NCBI RefSeq assembly: GCF_902713615.1
Contig: NC_052175.1
Coordinates: forward strand, 14,921,271 to 14,985,270
DNA length: 64,000 nucleotides
DNA from: Scyliorhinus canicula
Lineage: Eukaryota
Direction of reading: 5' to 3'
Of the stretch, positions 50,200 to 62,900 are shown piece by piece. The first letter of the stretch is position 1. The number at the start of each line of letters is the position of its first letter. The notes under the pieces are model-generated. The model was not told where the DNA came from, ran no database searches, and saw nothing but the letters and a program-made list of their open reading frames with translations. The position numbers and the translations under genes were made by a program.

Positions 50200-50410
50200 C
50201 TTTGGTTCAGCGGGAGCAGCCTCACCTCTGAGTTAGTGGGGCTGTGGGTTTAAAGGCCTCACTCCAGAGCTTGGAATTTCTGATCTGGGCGGACATTTAA
50301 ATGCAGTGGCGACGGAGTCCTGCACTGCTGGGGGCGCTGCTCTGGGAGGGGATGTTAAACTGAGACCCCCGCCCCCCCCCCCCAGTCCGTTCTCGCAGGT
50401 GGACACGATT
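50200..50410 (+). mobile_element. decayed DeuSINE-like (SacSINE1/AmnSINE-type) element
   Basis: GCACTGCTGGGGGCGCTG...GATGTTAAACTGAGACCCC resembles the Deu domain, preceded by a tRNA-like head. Confidence 0.45.
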
Positions 50411-50541
50411 TGGCCGATACGCATTCCTGAACCAACGCCATTCAAAGACATAGACCACCCCCACCCCTTCGGGTAGCCCGTGAGCGGGCGGTGCACTGCC
50501 GTTGGGAACACCGGAGAAGTCAGAGGTTACTCACATCACGC

Positions 50542-51619
50542 GGGCGATTCGCCAATCTTGGGCCCAAGTGTTTGCGCCGTTGTGAACGCCGTCACGCTTC
50601 ACGATGGCGTGAACTGGGCCCGGGTACGACAGATTCTGGCCCCCATCGGGGGCCGGCAAGGCGCTGGAGCGGTTCACGCCGCTCCAGCCTCCTTACGTGG
50701 CGCAGTTGGGTCACGCCAACCCGCGCATGAGCAGTTGGGTCACGCCAACCCGCGCATGCGCAGTTGGGTCACGCCAACCCGCGCATGCGCAGTTGGGTCA
50801 CGCCAACCCGCGCATGCGCAGTCGGGCCACGCCAACCCGCGCATGCGCAGTTGGGCCACGCCAAACCCGCGCATGCGCAGTTGGGCCACGCCAAACCCGC
50901 GCATGCGCAGTTGGGCCACGCCAACCCGCGCATGCGCAGTCGGGCCACGCCAACCCGCGCATGCGCAGTTGGGTCACGCCAACCCGCGCACGCGCAGTTG
51001 GGTCACGCCAACCCGCGCATGCGCAGTTGGGTCACGCCAACCCGCGCATGCGCAGTTGGGTCACGCCAACCCGCGCATGCGCAGTTGGGTCACGCCAACC
51101 CGCGCATGCGCAGTTGGGTCACGGCAACCCGCCCATGCGCAGTTGGGTCACGCCAACCCGCGCATGCGCAGTTGGGTCACGCCAACCCGCGCATGCGCAG
51201 TTGGGTCACGCCAACCCGCGCATGCGCAGTTGGGTCACGCCAACGGGGGACTTCTTTAGCGCGCTGGCCCCGGCCTACATGGCGTCAGTGTTCAGGGACC
51301 GGCCGCACCAGGCCCAGGGAGGGGGTGGAGAAGCCGGTCCGCCAATCGGTGGGCTCCGATCGCGGGCCAGAGCCCGTCGGAGGCCCCCCCGGTGATGGAG
51401 CCCCCCTCTCCCCCCGCCAAAGCCCGCTCCCTGACCGTTCCGCAGAGTTCCCGCCGGCAGCGACCAAGCGACGGAGCCGGCGGGACTCTGTCGTATCGGC
51501 GCGGCCGCTCGACCTATCCGGGCCGGAGAATTGGCTGCCCCCCGTGGAACCGTGTGCTGGCGTCGGGGCGCGGTTGCAGCGATTCTCCGGCCTGGCGCGG
51601 GACTCGAAGAATCGCGCCC
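50542..51619. mobile_element. GC-rich MITE (ends GGGCGATTC / GAATCGCGCCC) containing a 29-bp array
   Basis: Terminal inverted motifs shared with 54740-55271. Confidence 0.6.
50701..51245. repeat. 29-bp tandem repeat (CGCAGTTGGGTCACGCCAACCCGCGCATG)n, ~19 copies
   Basis: Period 29 (50761, 50790). Confidence 0.96.
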
Positions 51620-51625
51620 CCCCCC

Positions 51626-51966
51626 TCAATCAGCACACACAACACAGCAGCCAATCACCAGTTAGAGCACGCTCACTATAAAGCCAGAGGGCTCTAGTTT
51701 TCCCGCTCATTCGAGATGCAGCCTCTGAGAAGGACAGAGCTGACAGCTAGCAGCACTGATCTTCACCATGTGCTGAGAGTATAGACTGGTCAGGATAGGC
51801 ATAGGTCTTCAGTTTAATCTAACATAGTGTCGACCCACAGTGAAAGTATGTTCAACAGTTCCTAGCTTAATAAAATAGTGTTGTACTATTACAAGTGTTG
51901 GCCGCCTGTCTATGTTACTGCTGAGGGAAACGCAGTCTCCACAGATCCAGAATACCCAACACATCA
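51626..51966 (+). mobile_element. 5'-truncated solo LTR
   Basis: CCAAT, TATAAAG and AATAAA in order; ends CAACACATCA; homologous to 52593-52994. Confidence 0.75.
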
Positions 51967-52592
51967 GTCCGGTACTAATCAAGCTTCTCCCGGGTAAATG
52001 AGAGGGTTTCTAGCCAGAGTCTCCAGTTTGAAATGCCGATACATAATTCTGGCTCAGTTACATTTCCTCACGAGTCAAAGATTGCCTGCTGCTGAACCTT
52101 CAACTTTGTACAAGTGTGAGTTAGCGTCTTGAGTAGAGGACGACATACGATCGCTGGAAAGAAGAAAAGGAGGTGGCAGCAAGGGGGAGGTATTCCTTTA
52201 AGACGTCTTTACCGAAGTCACACATGCTTTCATATTACAGAGGAAACTGTAACTTCATCTAAGTTGTTTATTCGTGTCTTTCAGGACCTGCTCTTTAAAT
52301 ACAATCATGGACAACTTCTTTCAAGAGGGTCTTTCTGTAACTTAGCAACCCCCCCACCCCCCCGAACTTGCCAAGTTAGTTGCTAACAGCTCCTGACAAA
52401 CAATGCCTTCTGTTTAAAACATTCCTGTTGCTGGGATTCGACTGAGGGAAAGGGTAACAGAAGCTCTCCCCATGGACATTCCCGAGGAGGACGGGAGTTG
52501 CTCAGGAAACAGGCAGCGCCTGGATTAGGGAGGGGTGGGAGTTTCAGACTGTCTCAGGCCCCAGCCAGTTACCCACGAGCCGCAGTTACCGT

Positions 52593-52994
52593 TGATGCGT
52601 TGCGTCGGCTGGGTCTGGGTGGACTGCGCTTGATGCAGTGTGGCAAGAGACAGACTTCCAACACTCGATGAGATGCAACGCGATTTTATTAAACAGCTAA
52701 CTATTTACATCCGACTGTGGGCTGACACTACGCTGACTTGACTGGAGACCTGTGGCAAGCCTGGCCAGACTAACTGTCTACCACATGGTGCGCGCCTTGA
52801 CTAATGATCACGAGCTCTGACTGTCCCAGAGGCTGGATCCCGAGAGAGAGCGGGAAAACTAGTGCCCTCTGGCTTTATAGTGGTTGAGTCCTGTCTGATG
52901 ATTGGCTGCTGTGTTCTGTGTGTTTACTGCTCATCCCGTGTGTCAATCACTGCCTGTCTGCACTCCATCATATACATGGATGTGTATTATGACA
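52593..52994 (-). mobile_element. complete solo LTR (402 bp)
   Basis: TG...CA termini; 5-bp flanks accgt/atcgt; CCAAT, TATA and AATAAA on the minus strand. Confidence 0.82.
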
Positions 52995-53419
52995 ATCGTG
53001 TCGGTGGAAGGTTTGTGGAAGGTTGCTGCATCCCAAACTGTCTCCTCCCCCCCCCCCCCCGCCCCGCTGGGCTCGGAATACACAGCCGCCTCACACCGAC
53101 GACTGGCCAAAGAAAGGCAGACGTACGTTTATTCAGCGCCTCTCACATCCTCGCGATGTTCTAAGTGCTGAGCAGCCATTGGAGTACACTGGAGTCCACT
53201 GGAATTATGTTCCTGATGTGTAGTTGAACAGGTCACATTTTTACAAAAATGAAAGGCGAGCTGGCGAGAGGGGACTGGGTTAACTGTTAGAAGGAAAAAC
53301 GGACAAATTAGTGGGAGGCATTTGAAGGTGAGGTTCTGCGGGCACAGTGTAGACGTACCCCCACAAAGAGAAAGGGTGGTCCTGCCGAGTCTAGCGCCCC
53401 CTGGCTACCCTGTTTGGAG

Positions 53420-54350
53420 TATTCATAAACCATTTGGAGGAAAATGTAGCCGGTCTGATTAGCAAGTTCGCGGACGACACCAAGGTTGGTGGAGTGGCAG
53501 ATAGTGTTGAGGATTGTCAGCAAGGCACAGATAGATTGGAGACTTGGGCAGAGAAATGGCAAATGGAGTTTAATCCGGAGAAATGTGAGGTAATGCATTT
53601 TGGTAGGTCTAACATCGAGGGGAAATATACCGTAAATAGTAACTCTTAAGAATATAGATAGTCAGAGAGATCTGGACGGGCAGGTCCACAGATCTTCGAA
53701 GGCGATAACACAAGGGGACAAAGTAGTCAAGAAAGCAGACGGAATGCTTGCCTTCATTGGACGGGGCATCGAGTATAAAAACTGGCAAGTCATGCTGCAG
53801 TTGTATAGAACCTCGGTAAGGCCGCACTTGGAATATTGCGCACAATTCTGGTCGCCACACTACCAGAAGGACGTGGCGGCTTTGGAGAGGGTGCGGAGGG
53901 GGTTTACCAGGATGTTGCCTGGTCTGGAGGGTGTTAGCTATGCGGAGGGGCTGAATAGACTCGGACTGTTTTCATTAGAAAGACGGAGGTTGAGGGGCGA
54001 CCTGATAGAGGTCTACAATATTATGGGGGGCATGGATAGAGTGGATGGGCAGGCACTCTTTCCCAGGGTGGAGGGGTCAGTCACCAGGGGGCGTAGGTTT
54101 AAGGTCCGTGGGGCAAAGTTTAGAGGAGATGTGTGAGGCAGGTTGTTCACACAGAGGGTGGTGAGTGCCTGGAAGCAGATACATTAACGGCGTTCAAAAG
54201 GCATCTTGACAAACACATGGATAGGACGGGTATAGAGGGATACGGCACAAGGGAGTGCTGAGGGTTTTGGCCAAGGGGTTATCATGACAGGTACAGGCTT
54301 GGAGGGCCGAAGGGCCTGTTCCTCTGCTGTACTTTACTTTGTTCTTTGAG
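53420..54350 (+). mobile_element. CR1-clade LINE 3' fragment
   Basis: ISKFADDTKVGG...WQMEFNPEKCEVMHFG and RPHLEYCAQFWSPHY. Confidence 0.92.
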
Positions 54351-54739
54351 TACAGACCCAAAGTCAATAAATCCCAGATTTATCAGGGATAGTGTGATTT
54401 TGTTAGGAGAAGATTGTGTCTTACTCACTTAACATATATTTAGAAGGAAGCAATAAGGAGGATTGATGAGGGGAGTGTAGTAGATGTTGTCTACCTAGAT
54501 TTGAGCAAGGCAGCACGGTGGCGCAGTGGTTAGCACTGCTGCCTCACGGCGCTGAGGTCCCAGGTTCGATCCCGGCTCTGGGTCGCTGTCCGTGTGGAGT
54601 TTGCACATTCTCCCCGTGTCTGCGTGGGTTTCGCCCCCACAACCCAAAGATGTGCAGGGTAGGGGGATTGGCCACGTTAAATTGGCCCTTAATTGGAAAA
54701 AATGAATTGGGCACTCTAAATTTATTTTTTTAAAAACAA

Positions 54740-55271
54740 AGCGGCGGCGGCTGAATGATGCGGCCGGCGTCGCTTAAATGACATCACCCGCGCATGCGCG
54801 GTTGCCGTCCTCCCCTCCGCTGCCCCGCAAGACATGGAGGATTGATCTTGCGGGGCGGCGGAGGAAAAGGAGTGCGTCCTTTAGAGACGCCGGCCTGACG
54901 ATCGGTGGGCACCGATCACGGGTCAGACCCCTACTGAGCATCCCCCTGGTGCTCGATCTTCCCTCCCTCCCCCCCCCAGGCCGCACACGTAGCGGTCGCG
55001 CGCTGTTCACGCCGGCAGCGACCAGATGTGGTCGGCGCCGACGTGAACCCGTCGGATTGCGCAGGCCGCTCGGCCCATCCGGGCCGGAGAATCGCCGCTC
55101 GCCTGTTAGAAGCGGCGAGCGGCGATTCTCCGAGCGGCCTGTCGTGAAACACGGCACGCCGTTTTGGGGGGGGGGGGGAGAATCGCGTGCGGGTGCCAGG
55201 GCGGCGTGGCGGGAATCGCCCGGCCCTCCCGCGATTCTCCCACCCGGCGTGGGGGTCGGAGAATCGCGCCC
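54740..55271. mobile_element. GC-rich MITE, right part (ends GGAGAATCGCGCCC)
   Basis: Repeated internal GAGAATCGC/GCGATTCTC inverted motifs; truncates the adjacent gag. Confidence 0.6.
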
Positions 55272-56073
55272 ATGATGTCTTTGCACCAACAATCTGCTGT
55301 GAAGTTCCTGGTTTTTTGCACGCCCAGGGCAAGAGCGAATCTGTCTTTGCATTCGAGTTTCAGCCGATATCGTGTGAGTTCTTGTATTTGAACTCAACTG
55401 CTGAGCGTCTTTGGCTGGCAACTCCATGGATACATCGACGTCCAAAGCTTTCTTGCTTCAAGGTCAGGTTGTTTTCGGTTAACAACTGCTTTTGAATAAC
55501 TTCGGTCCTCGGACCGCAGACTAGTCTATCTCGGATGGTATCTTTTAATACATCCCTGAATCTGCAGTGCCTGGCCAGACTTTTCAGTGGAGCTGCAAAC
55601 TGTGCAGAATTCCCACTATTTGTTTGTATATTTCCGTGCTGCGCTTTTCCCGGCGATACCAGATTCCTCAACAGGTGAAATTTCCCCCCCCCCCCCCGTG
55701 ACGCTGAGGAATGTTGGAACAGTTCCATCTACCGCTATCTTGTTAGCTTGAACAAATCATCGAGTTGCTCAGTATCTGAGTTCCATCGCCGAGTGTTCTC
55801 ATCAAACGTTTCCACGCCACCAAAATCCCTCAATGAAAGGATCTGTGTGCGCAAAATGCGGCACGGATTGTTAGCACTCCCGTGCTTCATTTCCCGCAAA
55901 ACAAGGCTCAATCCGAGCTCAGTCTGTTTCCCCTTCTGTTTTCCCACATTCCCAGCTCAGAATTAGTTTGTTGCCGATTGTCAATTTTTCATTCCCGTCG
56001 GTTTTTCGTTCCCGTCTTCTCTTCCGCGTTTCCTTCGAGCGGCTGCGGGCGTCGTCCTGCTTCCTCGTCGCCA
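55272..56073 (-). mobile_element. decayed Ty3/Gypsy internal region: PBS and gag remnant
   Basis: PBS TGGCGACGAGG (56063-56073); frameshifted gag pieces VETFDE...W, LLRNLVSP, LARHCRFRDVLKDTIRDRLVCG...IQKQLLTENNLTL and zinc-knuckle remnant ADCWCKD. Confidence 0.82.
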
Positions 56074-56235
56074 GATTTGTCTGTGCGGCCTTGGCAGAGT
56101 TGACCTCAGGAGGCCGTGGGGGTTCACCCGAAACATCGAGCTTTATTTGGAAGATGTTAACACCAAAGGCTGCGATATGTTAGGCTGCTAGATCCCTTCT
56201 GGCCGAGGGTGGTGAGTGTCTGTGATTCACTGCCG

Positions 56236-57620
56236 AACATAGAACATAGAACATTACAGCGCAGTACAGGCCCTTCAGCCCTCGATGTTGCTCCGACCTG
56301 TGAAACCCCTCTAAAGCCCATCTACACTATTCCCTTATCGTCCATATGCCTATCCAATGACCATTTGAATGCGTTTAGTGTTGGCGAATCCACTACTGTT
56401 GCAGGCAGGGCATTCCACGCCCTTACTCTCTGAGTAAAGAACCTGCCTCTGACATCTGTCCTATATCTATCTCCCCTCAATTTAAAGCTATGTCCCCTCG
56501 TGCTGGACATCACCATCCGAGGAAAAAGGCTCTCACTGTCCACCCTATCTAATCCTCTGATCATCCTGTATGCCTCAATTAAGTCACCTCTTAACCTTCT
56601 TCTCTCTAACGAAAACAGCCTCAAGTCCTTCAGCCTTTCCTCATAAGATTTTCCCTCCATACCAGGCAACATCCTGGTAAATCTCCTCTGCACCCTTTCC
56701 AATGCTTCCACATCCTTCCTATAATGTGGCGACCAGAACTGCACGCAATACTCCAAATGCAGGCCGCACCAGAGTTTTGTACAACTGCAACATGACCTCA
56801 TGGCTCCGAAACTCAATTCCTCTACCAATAAAAGATAACACACCGTACGCCTTCTTAACAACCCTCATCAGAACGGAGAAGGATGAGGGGCGACTTGATA
56901 GAGGTTTATAAGATGATCAGGGGAATAGATAGAGTAGACAGCCAGAGACTTTTTCCCCGGGTGGAACACACCATTACAAGGGGACATAAATTTAAGATAA
57001 ATGGTGGAAGATATAGAGGGGATGTCAGAGGTAGGTTCTTTACCCAGAGAGTAGTGGGGGCATGGAATGCACTGCCTGTGGAAGTAGTTGAGTCGGAAAC
57101 GTTAGGGACCTTCAAGCGGCTATTGGATAGGTACGAGGATTAGGGTAGAATAATGGAGTGTAGGTTAACTTCTTAAGGGCAGCACGGTAGCATTGTGGAT
57201 AGCAAAATTGCTTCACAGCTCCAGGGTCCCAAGTTCTATTTCGACTTGGGTCGCTGTCTGTGCGGAGTCTGCACGTTCCTCCCCGTGTGTGCGTGGGTTT
57301 CCTCCGGGTGCTCCGGTTTCCTCCCACAGTCCAAAGATGTGCAGGTTGGGTGGATTGGCCGTGATAAATTGCCCTTAGTGTCCAAAATTCTATGATTAAT
57401 CTAGGACAAAAGTTCGGCGCAACATCGTGGGCCGAAGGGCCTGTTCTGTGCTGTATTTCTCTATCTATCTATCTAACCCTCTCAAACTGGGTGGCAACTT
57501 TCAGGGATCTATGTACATGGACACGGAGATCTCTCTGCTCGTCCACACTACCAAGAATCTTCCCATTAGCCCAGTACTCTGTCTTCCTGTTATTCCTTCC
57601 AAAATGAATCACCTCACACT
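56236..57620 (-). mobile_element. CR1 LINE 3' fragment (-), interrupted by a + strand CR1 fragment (56868-57175) and a SINE (57177-57470)
   Basis: HLEYCVQFWSPHYRKDVEALERVQRRFTRM (-) and RGDLIEVYKMIRGIDRVD (+). Confidence 0.88.
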
Positions 57621-58051
57621 GGTAGTTGAGGATGAAACACTCGATTCATTCACAAGGTTGCTGGATCAGTCGCTGAAGAGCTGGAATCTGCAAGGCCACG
57701 GACCAGGTGCCAGAGAACGCGATTAAATTGAGCAGCTGCTTCCTTCTGTCCCTTTTTTGCCCGGGACAGACACGATGGGCTGAATGGTCACTCCCTGCAC
57801 CGTGACTATTTTGTGCTTCGAAAGTGTGAGAGCCAGTTTGCGCACACAAACTGCAACATGACACCTGGCCAGCCAATCCGATTCTGTGACGCTGGAAGGG
57901 GTGTAAGTTCACCAGGGCACCTGGGAATATTGACCGTTAATGTTTTGAGGGATGGCTGCAATTCAACTGATAATCAGAACATTGGTTTGGACACATCCTG
58001 ATTCTGTACTTGTGTTGAGTTTGGCAATGGAATTATTCACAGAAATAATGT

Positions 58052-59445
58052 ACCTGGCCTGGGAGTGTTTGATGGGGACAGTGTAGAGGGAGCTTTACTC
58101 TGTATCTAACCCCGTGCTGTACCTGTCCTGGGAGTGTTTGATGGGGACAGTGTAGAGGGAGCTTTACTCTATCTAACCTCGTGCTGTACCTGTCCTGGGA
58201 GTGTTTGATGGGGACAGTGTAGAGGGAGCTTTACTCTGTATCTAACCCCGTGCTGTACCTGTCCTGGGAGTGTTTGATGGGGACAGTGTAGAGGGAGCTT
58301 TACTCTGTATCTAACCCCGTGCTGTCCCTGTCCTGGGAGTGTTTGATGGAGACAGTGTAGAGGGAGCTTTACTCTGTATCTAACCCCGTGCTGTACCTGT
58401 CTTGGGAGTGTTTGATGGGGACAGTGTAGAGGGAGCTTTACTCTGTATCTAACCCCGTGCTGTACCTGTCCTGGGAGTGTTTGATGGGGACAGTGTAGAG
58501 GGAGCTTTATTCTGTATCTAACCCCGTGCTGTACCTGTCCTGGGAGTGTTTGATGGGGACAGTGCAGAGGGAGCTTTACTCTGTATCTAACCCCGTGCTG
58601 TACCTGTCCTGGGAGTGTTTGATGGGGACAGTGTAGAGGGAGCTTTACTCTGAATCTAACCCCGTGCTGTACCTGTCCTGGGAGTGTTTGATGGGGACAG
58701 TGTAGAGGGAGCTTTACTCTGTATCTAACCTCGTGCTGTACCTGTCTTGGGAGTGTTTGATGGGGACTGTGTAGAGGGAGCTTTCTCTCTGTATCTAACC
58801 CCGTGCTGTCCCTGTCCTGGGAGTGTTTGATGGTGACAGTGTAGAGGGAGCTTTACTCTGTATCTAACCCCGTGCTGTACCTGTCCTGGGAGTGTTCGAT
58901 GGGGACAGTGTAGAGGGAGCTTTACTCTGTATCTAACCCCGTGCTGTACCTGTCCTGGGAGTGTTTGATGGGGACAGTGTAGAGGGAGCTTTACTCTGTA
59001 TCTAACCCCGTGCTGTACCTGTCCTGGGAGTGTTTGATGGGGACAGTGTAGAGGGGGCTTTACTCTGTATCTAACCCCGTGCTGTACCTGTCCTGGGAGT
59101 GTTTGATGGGGACAGTGTAGAGGGAGCTTTACTCTGTATCTAACCCCGTGCTGTACCTGTCCTGGGAGTGTTTGATGGGGACAGTGTAGAGGGGGCTTTA
59201 CTCTGTATCTAACCCCGTGCTGTACCTGTCCTGGGAGTGTTTGATGGGGACAGTGTAGAGGGAGCTTTACTCTGTATCTAACCCCGTGCTGTACCTGTCC
59301 TGGGAGTGTTTGATGGGGACAGTGTAGAGGGAGCTTTACTCTGTATCTAACCCCCGTGCTGTACCTGTCCTGGGAGTGTTTGATGGGGACAGTGTAGAGG
59401 GAGCTTTACTCTGTATCTAACCCCGTGCTGTACCTGTCCCTAGAA
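58052..59445. repeat. second array of the 69-bp satellite, ~20 copies, same orientation as 1-1243
   Basis: Same unit sequence. Confidence 0.97.
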
Positions 59446-59546
59446 TGTTTGAGAAAACTATAGAACTCCTGTGTCTGACCTCGAAGTTATTGCTGGGTAA
59501 GGCAGGGAGATTTATTCAGCATCTGACTAACTGTATGTTTGAATAG

Positions 59547-59658
59547 GTTTCAGTGAGTCCTTCAACATCAATGTGAAGGAAGCCCGGATCTTCAAAGGGC
59601 CCAGGAAAAGCCAATTTGGATATAAAGTTCTACAACATGAAGCGGATGGTCAGAAATG
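59547..59658 (+). CDS. ITGA10: integrin alpha (ITGA10-like) exon 2: signal cleavage region and first FG-GAP repeat
   Basis: aatag|(G)FSESFNINVKEARIFKGPRKSQFGYKVLQHEADGQKW|gtaagt; 112 nt, phase 1/2; FN-x...FGY-VLQH...W typical of ITGA10/11. ITGA10 is favoured by F-x-GP and VLQH and by linkage to ANP32E. Confidence 0.85.
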
Positions 59659-59876
59659 GTAAGTTTACAAATCCAGATGTCTGTGAGACAACCTTTCAGA
59701 CCCTCTTAATGTTTGTGATATCGTCTCCATCATGTCCCAGGAATCAAATGGGGACGTTCCATCTGCCCGTTCAGAGCTAAACCTGGTGACGTCAGTTGGG
59801 GCAGAGAAAACTGCTTCTGTGTATCGAGATTCGGGAGAAACAAATAATCCAGGGTTCCGAATTCCTTAGAGTCCTT

Positions 59877-59907
<31 letters not shown>

Positions 59908-59924
59908 GCTGACCAGCTACGGAC

Positions 59925-62900
59925 GTGGGCAGGGTGTGGGCAGGGAGTGGGCAGGGCATGGGCAGGGCATGGGCAGGGAGTGGGCAGGGAGTGGGCAGGG
60001 CATGGGCAGGGAGTGGGCAGGGCATGGGAGGGCGTGGGTAGGGTGTGGGCAGGGAGTGGGCAGGGAGTGGGGCAGGGAGTGGGCAGGGAGTGGGCAGGGA
60101 GTGGGCAGGGTGTGGGCAGGGAGTGGGCAGGGAGTGGGCAGGGAGTGGGCAGGGAGTGGGCAGGGCATGGGCAGGGCATGGGCAGGGCATGGGCAGGGTG
60201 TGGGCAGGGAGTGGGCAGGGTGTGGGCAGGGAGTGGGCAGGGAGTGGGCAGGGAGTGGGCAGGTGTGGGCAGGGAGTGGGCAGGGTGTGGGCAGGGTGTG
60301 GGCAGGGCATGGGCAGGGTGTGGGCAGGGAGTGGGCAGGGCGTGGGCAGGGCATTGGCAGGGTGTGGGCAGGGAGTGGGCAGGGCATGGGCAGGGAGTGG
60401 GCAGGGCATGGGCAGGGTGTGGGCAGGGAGTGGGCAGGGCATGGGCAGGGAGTGGGCAGGGCGTGGGCAGGGCATGGGCAGGGTGTGGGCAGGGAGTGGG
60501 CAGGGCATGGGCAGGGTGTGGGCAGGGTGTGGGCAGGGTGTGGGCAGGGTGTGGGCAGGGTGTGGGCAGGGCATGGGCAGGGTGTGGGCAGGGCAGGGGC
60601 AGGGAGTGGGCAGGGAGTGGGCAGGGCAGGGGCAGGGAGTGGGCAGGGAGTGGGCAGGGCATGGGCAGGACAGGGGCAGGGTGTGGGCAGGGAGTGGGCA
60701 GGGTGTGGGCAGGGTGTGGGCAGGGTGTGGGCAGGGAGTGGGCAGGGAGTGGGCAGGGCAGGGGCAGGGTGTGGGCAGGGTGTGGGCAGGGCATGGGCAG
60801 GGAGTGGGCAGGGTGTGGGCAGGGAGTGGGCAGGGTGAGGGCAGGGAGTGGGCAGGGAGTGGGCAGGGAGTGGGCAGGGAGTGGGCAGGGTGTGGGCAGG
60901 GAGTGGGCAGGGTGTGGGCAGGGAGTGGGCAGGGAGTGGGCAGGGTGTGGGCGGGGAGTGGGCAGGGAGTGGGCAGGGAGTGGGCAGGGAGTGGGCAGGG
61001 AGTGGGCAGGGAGTGGGCAGGGAGTGGGCAGGGTGTGGGCAGGGAGTGGGCAGGGTGAGGGCAGGGAGTGGGCAGGGTGTGGGCAGGGAGTGGGCAGGGA
61101 GTGGGCAGGACAGGGGCAGGGTGTGGGCAGGGTATGGGCAGGGAGTGGGCAGGGTGTGGGCAGGGAGTGGGCAGGGAGTGGGCAGGGTATGGGCAGGACA
61201 GGGGCAGGGAGTGGGCAGGGAGTGGGCAGGGAGTGGGCAGGGAGTGGGCAGGGAGTGGGCAGGACAGGGGCAGGGTGTGGGCAGGGTGTGGGCAGGGAGT
61301 GGGCAGGACAGGGGCAGGGAGTGGGCAGGGAGTGGGCAGGGAGTGGGCAGGGAGTGGGTAGGGCGTGGGCAGGGAGTGGGCAGGGTGTGGGCAGGGAGTG
61401 GGCAGGGAGTGGGCAGGGTGTGGGCAGGGAGTGGGCAGGGAGTGGGCAGGGAGTGGGCAGGGAGTGGGCAGGACAGGGGCAGGGAGTGGGCAGGGAGTGG
61501 GCAGGGAGTGGGCAGGGTGTGGGCAGGGCATGGGCAGGGTGTGGGCAGGGAGTGGGCAGGGCATGGGCAGGGTGTGGGCAGGGTGTGGGCAGGGCAGGGG
61601 CAGGGAGTGGGCAGGGAGTGGGCAGGCAGGGGCAGGGAGTGGGCAGGGAGTGGGCAGGGCATGGGCAGGACAGGGGCAGGGTGTGGGCAGGGAGTGGGCA
61701 GGGAGTGGGCAGGGAGTGGGCAGGGCGTGGGCAGGGAGTGGGCAGGGTGTGGGCAGGGTGTGGGCAGGGAGTGGGCAGGGAGTGGGCAGGGAGTGGGCAG
61801 GGCAGGGGCAGGGTGTGGGCAGGGAGTGGGCAGGGAGTGGGCAGGGTGTGGGCAGGGAGTGGGCAGGGTGAGGGCAGGGAGTGGGCAGGGAGTGGGCAGG
61901 GAGTGGGCAGGGAGTGGGCAGGGTGTGGGCAGGGAGTGGGCAGGCAGTGGGCAGGGAGTGGGCAGGGAGTGGGCAGGGTGTGGGCAGGGTGTGGGCAGGG
62001 AGTGGGCAGGGAGTGGGCAGGGTGTGGGCGGGGAGTGGGCAGGGAGTGGGCAGGGAGTGGGCAGGGAGTGGGCAGGGAGTGGGCAGGGAGTGGGCAGGAC
62101 AGGGGCAGGGTGTGGGCAGGGTATGGGCAGGGAGTGGGCAGGGTGTGGGCAGGGAGTGGGCAGGGAGTGGGCAGGGTATGGGCAGGACAGGGGCAGGGAG
62201 TGGGCAGGGAGTGGGCAGGGAGTGGGCAGGGAGTGGGCAGGGAGTGGGCAGGACAGGGGCAGGGTGTGGGCAGGGTGTGGGCAGGGAGTGGGCAGGACAG
62301 GGGCAGGGAGTGGGCAGGGAGTGGGCAGGGAGTGGGCAGGGAGTGGGTAGGGCGTGGGCAGGGAGTGGGCAGGACAGGGGCAGGGAGTGGGCAGGGAGTG
62401 GGCAGGGAGTGGGCAGGGAGTGGGTAGGGCATGGGCAGGGAGTGGGCAGGGAGTGGGTAGGGCGTGGGCAGGGAGTGGGCAGGGAGTGGGCAGGGAGTGG
62501 GCAGGGAGTGGGCAGGGTGTGGGCAGGGAGTGGGCAGGGAGTGGGCAGGGAGTGGGCAGGGAGTGGGCAGGGAGTGGGCAGGGAGTGGGCAGGGAGTGGG
62601 CAGGGCATGGGCAGGGCATGGGCAGAGTGTGGGCAGGGCAGGGGCAGGGAGTGGGCAGGGAGTGGGCAGGGTGTGGGCAGGGAGTGGGCAGGGAGTGGGC
62701 AGGGAGTGGGCAGGGAGTGGGCAGAGTGTGGGCAGGGAGTGGGCAGGGAGTGGGCAGGGAGTGGGCAGGGTGTGGGCAGGGCAGGGGCAGGGAGTGGGCA
62801 GGGAGTGGGCAGGGTGTGGGCAGGGAGTGGGCAGGGAGTGGGCAGGGAGTGGGCAGGGAGTGGGCAGAGTGTGGGCAGGGAGTGGGCAGGGAGTGGGCAG

